Positions 52,361 through 64,000 of a stretch of 64,000 nt of DNA are shown here, piece by piece (position 1 is the first letter of the stretch; every line of letters begins with the position of its first letter). The position numbers were made by a program, and so were the translations under genes. Source of the stretch: Squalus acanthias (lineage: Eukaryota); contig CM059432.1 of the NCBI GenBank assembly GCA_030390025.1, positions 110,114,001 through 110,178,000 of the forward strand, given 5' to 3'. The notes beneath the pieces are model-generated. The model had not been told where the DNA came from, made no database searches, and was given only the letters and a program-made list of their open reading frames with translations.

Positions 52361-53595
52361 CTTAAAGAAGGAACGGTAGAGAGGCGGAGAGGTTTAGGGA
52401 GGGAATTCCAGAGCTTAGGGCCTAGGCAGCTGAAGGCACAGCCACTAACAGTGGAGCGATTAAAATCAAGGATGCTCATGAGGCCAGAATTAGAGGAATG
52501 CAGAGTACACGGAAGGTTGTATAACTGGAGGAGGTTACGCAGATAGGGAGGGATTTGAACACAAGGATGAGAATTTTAAAATCGAGACCTGCTGAGTATT
52601 TCCAGCATTTTCTGTTTTTATTTCAGATTTCCAGCATCCGCAGTATTTTGCTTTTGTAGTAGTGATGTCATCAAGCTGGCTAAGCAGCGAATCACATTGA
52701 GCAATTCTCACAGACAGCAAACCAGGAAGTAAAATCCACAGATTTATAACTTACTTTTAATAAATTGTACAGAGAGCGAAATAAAGATTGGGACATACTC
52801 ATAGGATTAAGGTAAAATCTGAAATATCATGAACAAACCTTAAAAAAATATTGTAATTCTTAATCATATTAATGGAAAAATGTGACATTCCACGAATATA
52901 AAATTAGTTTTTCAGGGCCAGAACAGTTGTTCAGCAGTCAATACGCCGTAAAAAACCCAGTTACACCTCTTTCAACAAGGCTTAACTTTTTAGCGGGGTT
53001 TTAACAGGAATATTCCATCGTAAAAGGGGAAGTTTTCATCCTTCAGTGTGATTTGAATTGATTGCCGGCTCTGGGGAGTCCCACAGTGCAACCTGTGGTG
53101 GAGCAGTGAATGACTGACCGCAGCTTCAGGATTTTTGCGTTCATCTGCGCGTGTGCTAAATCCTGAAGATGTGGTCAGTTTCAAAGGGGTAATGACAGCG
53201 AACGCTGTTACATGCCTCTGTTACATTGCCTTAACACTTGTAAGTGGTACTGGCTCTCAACACACTGGTCTCACGCAGCTGGCTGCAAATTTAACGTACT
53301 CCTGTCAGCATGTGCTGAGGCTGCTTCCCAGGGAGATTCCTTTTTAACCAGGTGCTTCTGGCTGACAGCCTTTGTGAATGACAGCAAGTTTACTTTTGGC
53401 TTTTAAGATGATCAAAGGAGTTATCATAGAATCATAGACTAGTGCAGCACAGGAGGAGGCCATCCGGCTCTTTTGCAGAGCAATCCAGTCAGTCCCACTT
53501 ACCCCGCTCTTTCCCCACATCCCTGCAATTTTTTCTCCTTCAAGTATTTATCCAATTCCCTTTTGAAGGCAGTGCATTCCAAATCCTAACCACCG

Positions 53596-54065
53596 GCAGC
53601 GGCGGCGAGCGGACCTGCGAGGGAGCGGCGAGGCGGCGGCGGTACAAAAGCCGAGCCCGAGGCAGGTAGGCCCCAGAGCAGCGGCGGCGAGCGGACCTGC
53701 GAGGGAGCGGCGAGGCGGCGGCGGTACAAAAGGCGAGCCCGAGGCAGGTAGGCCCCAGAGCAGCGGCGGCGAGCGGACCTGCGAGGGAGCGGCGAGGCGG
53801 CAGCGGTACAAAAGCCGAGCCCGAGGCAGGTAGGCCCCAGAGCAGCGGCGGCGAGCGGACCTGCGAGGGAGCGGCGAGGCGGCGGCGGTACAAAAGCCGA
53901 GCCCGAGGCAGGTAGGCCCCAGAGCAGCGGTGGCGAGCGGACCTGCGAGGGAGCGGCGAGGGTACAAAAGCCGAGCCCGAGGCAGGTAGGCCCCAGAGCA
54001 GCGGTGGCGAGCGGACCTGCGAGGGAGCGGCGAGGGTACAAAAGCCGAGCCCGAGGCAGGTAGGC
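53596..54065 (+). repeat. GC-rich tandem array: four 82-bp plus two 74-bp units at the 5' end of a CR1
   Basis: ggacctgcga starts at 53611, 53693, 53775, 53857, 53939 and 54013. Confidence 0.95.
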
Positions 54066-55458
54066 TTACTAATCCAGGTTCCGGGAGAGGGAAGCAAAAA
54101 GTAATCGAAGTGTGACGTCACCAAAAAGCAGGTAAGTGATTGGTTGGTGAGTATTTCTTTCTCAATTTTTCTAAACGTAAATTTTGTGGTTTCTAAGGTC
54201 CCTGTTGTATAGCGGGGACTACTTTTAAGCAAGGGCCCTTGAGTATATCATTTAATTGCAGTGTAATTGGTGGGATTCACTTAATTTAATTTGAATTAAA
54301 GGGTAAGTCATGGTAGGACAGCCCGGCCCCGTGGTATGCTCCTCCTGCGCTATGTGGGAAATCAGGGACACTTACTCTGTCCCTGTTGACCATGTGTGCG
54401 GGAAATGTATCCAGCTGCAGCTACTGACAGACCGCATTGCGGCACTGGAGCTGCGGATGGATGCATACTGGAGCATTCGCAATGCTGAGGACATCGTGGA
54501 TAGCACGTTTAGGGAGTTGGTCACACTGCAGGTAAAGGCTGCACAGGCAGGAAGGGAATGGGTGACTACCAGGCAGAGTAGGAGGTGCAGGCAGGTAGTG
54601 CAGGGGTCCCCTGTGGCCATCCCCCTCTCAAACAGATAGACTGCTTTGGATGTTGTTGAGGGAGATGGCTTCTCAGGGGAAGACAGCAGCAGCCAACTTC
54701 CTGGCACCGTGGGTGGTTCTGCTGCACAGGATGGGAGGAAAAAGAGTGGGAGAGCTATAGTGATAGGGGATTCTATTGTAAGGGGAATAGATAGGCGTTT
54801 CTGCAGCCGCAAACGAGACTCCAGGATGGTATGTTGCCTCCCTGGTGTAAGGGTCAAGGATGTCTCGGAGCGGCTACAGAGCATTTTGGAGGGGGAGGGT
54901 GAACAGCCAGTTGTCGTGGTGCATATAGGTACCAACGATATAGGTAAAAAACGGGATGGGGTCCGAACAGCAGAATATAGGGAGTTAGGAGGTAAATTAA
55001 AAAATAGGACCTCAAAGGTAGTAATCTCAGGATTGCTACCAGTGCCACGTGTTAGTCAGAGTAGAAATAGAAGGATATTTCAAATGAATACATGGCTAGA
55101 GGAATGATGCAAGGGGGAGGGATTCAAATTCCTGGGTCATTGGAACCGGTTCTGGGGGAGGTGGGACCAGTAGAAACTGGACGGTTTGCACCTGGGCAGG
55201 GCCGGGACCGATGTCCCAGGGGGAGTGTTTGCTAGTGCTCTGGGGGAGGGTTTAAACTAAAATGGCACAGGGTTGGGAACCTGAGCAGGGAGACAGAGGA
55301 AAGGGAAACAAGGATAGAAGCAAAAGACAGGAAGGAGAAAAGCAAAGGTGACAGTCAGAGAAATCAAGAGTTTAAATCAAACATGGCCACAGTAAGTAAT
55401 AATTCTAAAAGGTCTAAGAGTGTTAAAAAAACAAGCCTGAAGGCTTTATGTCTTAATG

Positions 55459-55885
55459 CATAGAAACATAGAATCTAGGAGCAGGAGTAGGCCATTCGGC
55501 CCGTCGAGCCTGCTCCACCATTCAATACGATCATGGCTGATCATCCAAATCCAGTACCCTGTCCCTACTTTAATCCCCACAGTACACATATCCCACCCTA
55601 CCCCCGTAACCCCACGTATTTAATTCCCCCTAACATATCCCATCCTATCCCCATAACCCCACATATTTAATCCCCCCCTAACACTAAGGGTCAATTTATC
55701 ATAGCCAAATCAACCTAACCCGCACATTTTTGGACTGTGGGAGGAAACCGGAGCACCCGGAGGAAACCCACGCAGACACGGGGAGAATGTGCAAACTCCA
55801 CACAGACAGTCACCCAAGGTCAGATTCGAACCCGGGTCCCTGGCGCTGTGAGGCACCAGTGCTAACCACTATGCCACCGTGTTCC
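55459..55885 (-). mobile_element. HE1-like V-SINE fused to a CR1 3' end, inserted into ORF2 of the CR1
   Basis: 55572-55885 is the reverse complement of the 52051 SINE; 55459-55571 matches the CR1 3' end at about 58645-58757. Confidence 0.85.
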
Positions 55886-58757
55886 ACTGTGCGAGGTGCA
55901 TTCGTAATAAGGTGGATGAATTAGCTGCGCTAATAGAGGTAAACGGATATGATATGATTGGGATTACGGAGACATGGCTCCAGGGTGACCAAGGCTGGGA
56001 ATTCAACATCCAGGGGTATTCAATATTCAGGAAAGACAGGCAAAAAGGAAAAGGAAGTGGGGTAGCATTGCTGGTTAAAGAGGGGATTAACACAATTGTA
56101 AGGAAGGAGATTAGCTCTGATGATGTGGAATCCGTATGGGTAGAACTGAGAAATACCAAGGGGCAGAAAACGTTAGTGGGAGTTGTATACAGATCCCCAA
56201 ACAGTAATGCAGAGGTTGGGGATGGCATTAAACAGGAAATTAGAGACGCGTGCAATAAGGGCGCAGCAGTTATCATGGGTGACTTTAATCTACATATAGA
56301 TTGAGCTAACCAAATTAGTAACAATACTATGGAGGAGGAATTCCTGGAGTGTATACGGGATGGTTTCCTGGACCAATATGTCGAGGAACCAACAAGAGAC
56401 CAGGCCATCTTAGACTGGGTATTATGTAACGAGAAAGGATTAATTAGCAATCTTGTTGTGCGGGGCCCCTTGGGGCGGAGCGATCATAATATGATCGAAT
56501 TCTTCATTAAGATGGAGAATGAAATAGTTGACTCAGAGACTAGGGTCCTGAATTTAAATAAAGGAAACTACGATGGTATGAGGCGCGAGTTGGGTAGGAT
56601 AGATTGGGGAATGTTACTCAAAGGGTTGACGGTGGATAGGCAATGGCAAACATTCAAAGATTGCATGGATGAACTACAGAATTTGTTCATCCCTGTCTGG
56701 CATAAAAATAAAACAAAAAAGGTGACTCAACCATGGCTGACAAGGGAATTCAGGGATAGCATAAGATCCAAGGAGAGGACATGTAAATTGGCCAGAAAAA
56801 GCAGTAAACCTGAGGATTGGGAGTAGTTTAGGATTCAGCAAAGGAGGACAAAGGGATTAATTAAGAGGGGGAAAATAGAATACGAGCGTAAGCTTGCAGG
56901 GAACATAAAAACTGACTGTAAAAGCTTTTATAAATATGTGAAGAGAAAAAGATTGGTGAAGTCAAGCGTAAGTCCCTTGCAGTCAGAATTAGGGGAATTT
57001 ATAATGGGGAACAAAGAAATGGCAGACCAATTAAATACATACTTTGGCTCTGTCTTCACAAAGGAGAACAGAAATAACCTCCCAGAGATGTCGGGGGAAC
57101 ATAGGGTCTAATGAGAGGGAGGAATTGAATGAAATCACTATTTGTAGGGAAATGGTGTTAGGGAAATTGACGGGATTGAAGGCCGATAAATCCCCAGGGC
57201 CTGATAATCTACATCCTAGGGTACTTAAGGAAGTGGCCCTAGAAATAGTAGATGCATTGCTGGTCAGCTTCCAAAATTCTATAGCCTCTGGAACAGTTCC
57301 CATGGATTGGAGGGTAGCTAATGTTACCCCACTATTCAAAAAAGGTGGTAAAGAAAAAACGGGGAATTATAGACCGGTAAGTCTGACATCGGTTGTGGGG
57401 AAAATGCTAGAGTCCATTATAAAAGATGTAATAGCAGAGCACTTGGAAAACAGTGACAGGATTGGACAAAGTCAACATGGATTTACAAAAGGTAAATCGT
57501 GCTTGACTGATCTACTGGAATTTTTTGAGGATGTAACTGATAGAATAGATAAGGGAGAACCAGTGGATGTGGTGTATTTGGACTTTCAGAAGGCTTTCGA
57601 TAAGGTTCCGCATAAGAGATTAGCGTGTAAAGTTAAGGCACATGGGATTGGGGGCAAGGTACTGACTTGGATAGAGAACTGGTTGGCAGACAGGAAGCAA
57701 AGAGTTGGAATAAACGGGTCTTTTCCGAGTGGCAGGCAGTGACTAGTGGGGTTCCGCAGGGATCGGTGCTAGGACCCCAGCTATTCACTATATATATTAA
57801 TGATCTAGACGAGGGAACTAGATGTAGTATCTCCAAGTTTGCAGATGACACAAAGCTGGGTGGGCGTGTGTGCTGCGAGGAGGATGCCGAGAAACTCCAG
57901 TATGATTTGGACAGGTTGGGTGATTGGGCAGAAGCATGGCAGATGCAGTATCATGTGGATAAATGCGAGGTTATCCACTTTGGTGGCAAAAACAGAAAGG
58001 CAGATTATTATCTGAACGGCAATAGATTGGGAGAAGGGGAACTGCAACGAGACCTGGGTGTCCTTGTGCACCAGTCGCATGCAGGTACAGCAGGCGGTTA
58101 AGAAGGCAAATGGTATGTTGGCCTTCGTAGCAAGAGGGTTTGAGTACAGGAACAAGGATGTCTTGCTGCAGTTGTACAGGGCCTTGGTGAGATCACACCT
58201 TGAGTACTATGTGCAGTTTTGGTCGCCTTATCTGAGGAAGGATGTTCTTGCCATGGAAGGAGTTCAGCGAAGATTCACAAGGCTGATACCTGGGATGGCA
58301 GGAATGACGTATGAAGGGAGATTGGGTCGATTGGGCTTATACTCGCTGGAGTTTAGAAGAATGAGAGGGGATCTCATTGAAACTTATAAAATTCTGACAG
58401 GACAGGGCAAACTAGATGCAGGAAGGATGTTCCCGATTGTCGGGGAGTACAGAACCAGGGGTCACAGTCTAAGGATAAGGGCTAAGCCATTTAGGACAGA
58501 AATGAGGAGGAATTTCTTCACCCAGAGAGTGGTGAACCTGTGGAATTCTCTGCCACAGAAGACAGTAGAGGCCAATTCAGTAAATAGATTCAAGAAGGAG
58601 TTGGATATATTTCTTAAGGCTAAAGGGATCAAGGGATATGGGGAGAAAGCAGGGACAGGGTACTGAATTTGGATGATCAGCCATGATCGCATTGAATGGC
58701 GGAGCAGGCTCGAGGGGCCGAATGGCCTACTCCTGCTCCTATCTTCTATGATTCTAT

Positions 58758-60545
58758 GAAAAATCTTCTACCGGCATGTAAACAGTAAGCGGGTAGTAAG
58801 AGGCGGGGTGGGGCCGATTAGGGACAAAGAAGGTGATATATGCTTAGAGGTGCAGGACAAGGCTAGAATACTCAATGAGTACTTTGTATCGGTGTTTACT
58901 AAGGAGGTGGATGCTGACAAAATATCGGTAGCAGTGGAAAAGGTAGAAGCAATGGAAGGGGTGAAAATTGATAGATAGGATGTACTAGAAAGGCTGGGTA
59001 TGCTGAAAGTGGATAAGTCGCCTGGTCCAGATGCATCCCAAGTTACTAAGGGAATTGGGGGAGGAGATAGCAGAAGGACTTGCCATAATTTTCCAATCTT
59101 CCCTCGATGCGGGGGAGGTGCCTGAGGATTGGAAAGTGGCAAATGTGACACCATTGTTCAAGAAAGGGTGTAAGGACAATTGTAGTAACTACAGACTGGT
59201 CAGTTTAACATCAGTGGTGGGTAAAGTTTTAGAAACAATAATCAAGGAAAAAATTAACGGGCACTTGGAGAGGTTTAAGCTAATTAAAGAGAGCCAACAC
59301 GGATTTGTAAAAGGCAGATCCTGTTTGACTAAGCTAATTGAATTTTTTGATGAAGTAACAGAGAGGATTGATGAAGGGAATGCAATGGATGTTGTCTACA
59401 TGGATTTTCGGAAGGTGCTTGACAAAGTACCACATAGAAGGCTGGTTAACAAAATTGAGGCTCATGGAATAGGTGGGTGAGTGGCAGCTTGGATGAGGAA
59501 TTGGCTTAAGGACAGAAAACAGCGAGTTGTGGTAAATGGGCGTTTTTCAGACTGAAGGATGGTAGACAGTGGTGTTCTCCAAGGGTCAGAGCTGGGGCCA
59601 CTGCTTTTTTTGATATATATATGAATGGATATTGGAATACAGAGTAGAATTTCTAAATTTGCCGATGACACCAAACTTGGGGGTGTGGCAAACAGTGAGG
59701 ATGATACCAATCGACTGCAACAGGACATAGAAAGGCTAGCAGAATGGGCAGACAAGAGGCAAATGGAATTTAATACAAAGAAGTGTGAGGTGATGCATTT
59801 TGGCAGAAGGAACAGGGAGAGGCAATATACACTTAATGGCACAGTTTTAAAGAGTGTGCATGGACAGAGGGACCTGGGAGTTAATGTGCATAGGTCCCTG
59901 AAGGTGGTAGGACATATTGAGAGTGTGGTTAACAAAGCATATGGGATCTTGGGCTTCATAAATAGAGGTATTGAGTACAAAAGTAGAGAAGTTATGCTGA
60001 ACCTTTATAAAGCGTTGGTTAGGCCACAACTGGAGTATTGCGTCCACTTCTGGTCACCACACTTTAGGAAGGCTGTGAAGGCCCTTGAGAGGGTGCAGAG
60101 GAGATTTACCAGAATGGTTCCGGTGATGGGGGGATCTTAGCTACAAGGGCAGGTTGGAGAAGCTGGATTTGTTTTCATTAGAGCAAAGGTGGTTGCGGGG
60201 TAATTTGATAGAGATGTACAAGATTATGACAGGTTTGGATAGGCTAGACGGGGAAAGGCTGTTCCCACTAGTTGATGGTACAAGGACTAGGGGACACAGA
60301 TTTAAGGTTTTGGGCAAGAGATACTGGGGGGATGTTAGGAAAAACTTTGTTACGCAGCGAGTGGTGAGGACCTGGAACACGCTGCCAACGGAAGTGGTGG
60401 AGACTGGATCGGCACTTGAGGGAAATAAACTTGCAGAGCTGCGGGGATAGAGCGGGGGAATGGGACTGACTGGATTGCTCTACAGAGAGCCGGCACGGAC
60501 TAGATGGGCCGAATGGCCTCCTTCTGTGCTGCTATGACTCTATGT
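58758..60545 (+). mobile_element. 5'-truncated CR1 of another subfamily
   Basis: RT ORFs 59031-60450 and a 3' stem-loop. Confidence 0.9.
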
Positions 60546-61474
60546 GAGTCTGATAAAATGTAATGTTGTTAAGTTTCTGTTGTTCAGTTAAAGCACATAA
60601 GTATTATTCTTTTGCACCACTTTCCCGTCTTGCCCATTCTTGGTTGCTGGCTGGCAAATCGCCTTTTAATTTGCGTGATGATGAATGGGAAGGCATGAAT
60701 TGATGGGGGGACCAATGGGGGGATGTGCAAGGGGTGGTTGGTTGTTTGCCGGACTGATCGGTGTCAGTGGCATGGTGGGGGTGGCGGGAAGAGTGGCCGT
60801 TGCTAATAGCCTCACCGTTATTCCTACTGCAAAATCTGGGCCAATATGTATGAAAGATTATTGAGCTTCTTTGAGACCTCTATGTTAAAGGTGCTTGTTT
60901 CAATACCCAAGAGTCTAAAGGCAGGAGTTTTAATTCAGGACAAAATTTGTTCAGGTAAGGATGAAAGGCTCTGTATCAATCCCAGCTTGAGGGACAAGAT
61001 AAGTTGATACAGAAGATCTAACAAGTTGAGTTTCGCCGTTTGGAAAGAGAATTTTGTTCCATATTTATTGGAGACTCAAACTTATTCTAAAACCATTCTC
61101 ACGAAGGATAATTAACCCATTACAGACATTCTCAGACTTTATATGTTTACGTTTAGCACTGGTCGATTATTGTGCAGATTTTTTGAAAAATGCAGGAAGG
61201 TATAATGCTGCTCAGAAAACTAAAATATATACATTCTTAGACCAACAGAAACGACATAGCTCTCAGGGAGAAGTACCCAATTCCAACTTGTTGACCAATG
61301 TTGATGTCTTTTGATAGCTATTGGCACAACTGAAATCGTCAGTAAAATCCTTGCAAGCATCAAAATTCTATTTCTTTTGAGCTTAACCACCTCCTAAGAG
61401 CTTTGCATGCAGCACCAATATGACATGTCCACTCCCTCAATCATTTCATTAAAAAGGGACGTTTATTTTCAAGC

Positions 61475-61860
61475 TCCTCTAATGACTCAGTTGGTAAAAG
61501 CAGTTTGCAACTCAGCCATAAAGGCCAGAAGATCCCAAGTTCAAATCTTCATCTGTGCTAAGTTAGCAGAATGTTCTTAGCTCGGGTGGTGGCAGGTGTT
61601 ACAATTGGCCTCAGTACCCCATGGCTAGAAAGGTAGGGGAAATCAGCCAGAGTTTCCACTCCTGATGGCCATCAGTGACGCCTGCTGGAAAGAGCAAGGG
61701 CATGACTAGACTTGGTTATCATGACACCCCCAAAAAGTCAAACACCTGTCCAACACTCACTGTCTAAGGTCAGAAATCAAAAATGCCACTTTGGTGAAAT
61801 AACAAGGGGCAGAGGAAGGCTAGTGCCCATAGAAGTGTATTCCAGCATGAATAAGGAAAG
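61475..61860 (+). mobile_element. Old tRNA-derived SINE (LF-SINE-like)
   Basis: Degenerate A box (tgactcagttggtaa) and B box (aagttcaaatc) followed by a body resembling recalled LF-SINE-type sequence. Confidence 0.4.
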
Positions 61861-62344
61861 GACATGAGGAAAAATGAGAGAAATTTATTTCATAATTTCC
61901 TTTCCCTCTTCAGATTGCATTGCTCTACAAACCAATCCTAGTGGAGTTCTCTAAATTCAAACGACAAGGTGCAAGGGTTGTCGGGTGTGACTGACGCTCT
62001 GATTTTCTCTTACTCCGTCGACAAGTGTTTGATTTTTGCTCAGCACTTTTCCGCTGAGACATGGTGGAGATAAAGGAATATGCCACGTGTGAAATGGTAG
62101 GGTGTCTTCTCCCTCCCATTCTGTAGCGCAATGCAGTGGAGCAGCAACTCTAATAGTTGTAATCAAAGGTTTTCCATGTGGAACATTAACCAGTATTTCT
62201 CTTTCCAGCACAAAATGTGATGGACTGAATGGCCCTCTTCTGTGCCGTAAATTCTATGATTAAGACATCTGCATATTTCCAGCATTTTATATTTCTAAAT
62301 TCAGTTGACCACCATTGGCAGTTTTTCTCTTCTCTGCTGATTAG

Positions 62345-62943
62345 ATAGATCATAGACTAGTACAGCACAGAAGGAGGCCGTTCGGCCCATCGAGTCTGCA
62401 CTGGCTCCTTCGAAGAGCAATCCAGTTAGTCCCACCTCCCCCGCTCTTTCCCCATACCCCTGCAGTTTTTTCTCCTTCAAGTATTTATCCCATTCCCTTC
62501 TGAAGGCTACTATTGAATCTGTATCCACTACCCTATCAGGCAATGCGTTCCAAATCGTAACCACTCGTTGCATAAAATTTTTTTCCTCATGTCACCTCTG
62601 GTTCTTTTGCCAATCACCTTAAATCTGTGCCCTCTGGTTATCGATCCTTCAACCATTGGAAACAGTTTCTCTTTATTTACTCTATCTAAACCCTTCATGA
62701 TTTTAAATACCTCAAATCTCCTCTTAGCTGTCTCAGCACTAAGAAGAACAACCTCAGCTTCTCCAGTCTATCCATGTAACTGCAATCCTTCCTCTCTGGG
62801 ACCATTCTAGTAAATCTCTTCTGTACCCTCTCCAAAGCCTTCACATCCTTCCTAAAGTGTGGTGCCCAAAATTGGGCACAATACTCCAGCTGGGGCCAAA
62901 CTGGTGTTTAGCATATAGGTTTAGCATAACTTCCTGGCTTTTG
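62345..62943 (-). mobile_element. CR1 3' fragment
   Basis: QRVVTIWNALP and CR1 3' stem-loop. Confidence 0.82.
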
Positions 62944-64000
62944 GGGCTAATAATTAACAGGCGCAGGGATCATGATGCGCGATCAGCCCACGTTCGTTAA
63001 AAGGAATACAGGCAGCACGCGACCTTCATGCTGCCTGCTAATTACAATGATTGCAGTATACAGCCCAGCGCTTAACGTGCTGCTGAGTGGCTGAACGCTC
63101 AGCAGGGGGCCAAAGTTTGTACGAGGCTAGCTCCAATTAAAGCAGGGCTCCACTTCTTAAAGGCAGTCTGCACCTCTTAAAGGGGAGGTGCATTCTGCCT
63201 GCAGCAGCTGCTGGAACTGGTTGTGGAGGCAAGTGTGACTGATTAATGGATCAACAGACCAGAGAAAGGGCATCAAGGTTCTCAGAAGCAGCAATAGAGG
63301 TCTTAGTACAGGGGTTAGAAAGGAGAAGACAGGTCCTCTATCTGCAGGGGGCCAGGAGGCCCTCAAGACACACACTGCGAAGGTAGTGGGAGCAGGTAGC
63401 CGAGGCGGTTACTGCAGCAGTATTGTCCCGAGGAAATGGATGTAGTGCCGAAAAAAGTTTAGTGACCTCATACGAGTGGTCAAGGTCAGTGAATGCATCA
63501 TCAAATGTCATCTCCCCCCAACTGCACCGCTAGCCTCACACACTGCTCAATGCACCACACCCCCAGCACTCATCTACCAATAATCTCTAGCAATCACGAC
63601 TCATACCTCACATTCAGCTCACCCTCACACACTTACCACTACTCCAACACTCACAACCACATCTCACACCTTGCACACTGCCAGCTATTCAACCATAACA
63701 GGCACTTCACCCAGACACATTGCACCACACTCACTGACACACTTCACCCAGACACATTGCACCACACTCACTGACACACTTCACCCAAACACATTGCACC
63801 ACACTCACTGACACACTTCCTTCTCTCTTGCAGGCCAAGGTGGCTCACAACTGCAGGCAGCAGCTAACTGGTGGGGACAGACAAGCCTGCATATCCTGAC
63901 CCAGCTGGAGCAGATGGTACACGACATTATTGGAGGGGCTGTCACTGAGGATGTGGCGAGCAGCGAGGCTGAAACTATTGAAGATGACGGCATGCTCATA
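62944..64000 (+). mobile_element. Second PIF/Harbinger element: spliced Myb/SANT gene remnant (exon 63246-63484; next exon from 63834), running off the window
   Basis: MDQQTRERASRFSEAAIEVLV...WEQVAEAV...CRKKFSDLIRVVK|gtcagt ... ttctctcttgcag|AKVAHN..TGG, with stops and frameshifts. Upstream cttaaaggggaggtgc is shared with 47476. Confidence 0.78.
63703..63819. repeat. 37-bp tandem repeat x3 inside the Harbinger intron
   Basis: cacttcacccagacacattgcaccacactcactgaca starts at 63703, 63740 and 63777. Confidence 0.92.

Larger units (their letters stand above)
53596..58757 (+). mobile_element. Apparently full-length CR1 LINE with tandem 5' array, ORF1 (from 54310) and disrupted ORF2
   Basis: CSSCAMWE...HVCGKC, GDS, HIGTND; EN 55879-56826; RT 57044-58666; (ttctatga)n tail. 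Confidence 0.93.

Noticed and set aside
53540..54232. Long repetitive minus-strand ORFs
   Set aside because: By-product of the GC-rich tandem array.
61925..62131. ORF with GGRRHPTISH, superficially like the short OXR1 N-terminus
   Set aside because: No suitable donor, no CpG-rich context, and the similarity is too weak.
41000..64000. Upstream exons of the long OXR1 isoform
   Set aside because: None recognised by eye; probably beyond the window, though a small exon could have been missed.

Overview
Vertebrate (almost certainly elasmobranch/shark-like) genomic DNA. The window is mostly intron of a minus-strand OXR1 (oxidation resistance 1, TLDc family) gene. Three phase-0 internal exons can be read directly (27590-27670, 26287-26412, 4203-4355). 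A probable alternative first coding exon of the short isoform (40901-40981) has a GC donor and lies in a CpG-rich region next to a 50-bp GC-box VNTR and a 200-N gap. Most of the rest is nested transposable elements: near-full-length CR1 LINEs (zinc-finger/esterase ORF1, EN-RT ORF2, all disrupted), a second poly(A)-tailed CR1/L2-group LINE, an internally deleted RTE, L2 remnants, HE1-like V-SINEs, a DeuSINE, PIF/Harbinger remnants with related MITEs, and a Penelope-like inverted repeat containing a minimal hammerhead ribozyme motif. I found no clearly new gene system. The best leads are the hammerhead palindrome, the GC-AG first exon with its VNTR promoter, and the monomer-array/CRE-CCAAT 5' ends of the CR1s. 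Family assignments are from recalled motifs, not database searches, and TE boundaries are approximate.
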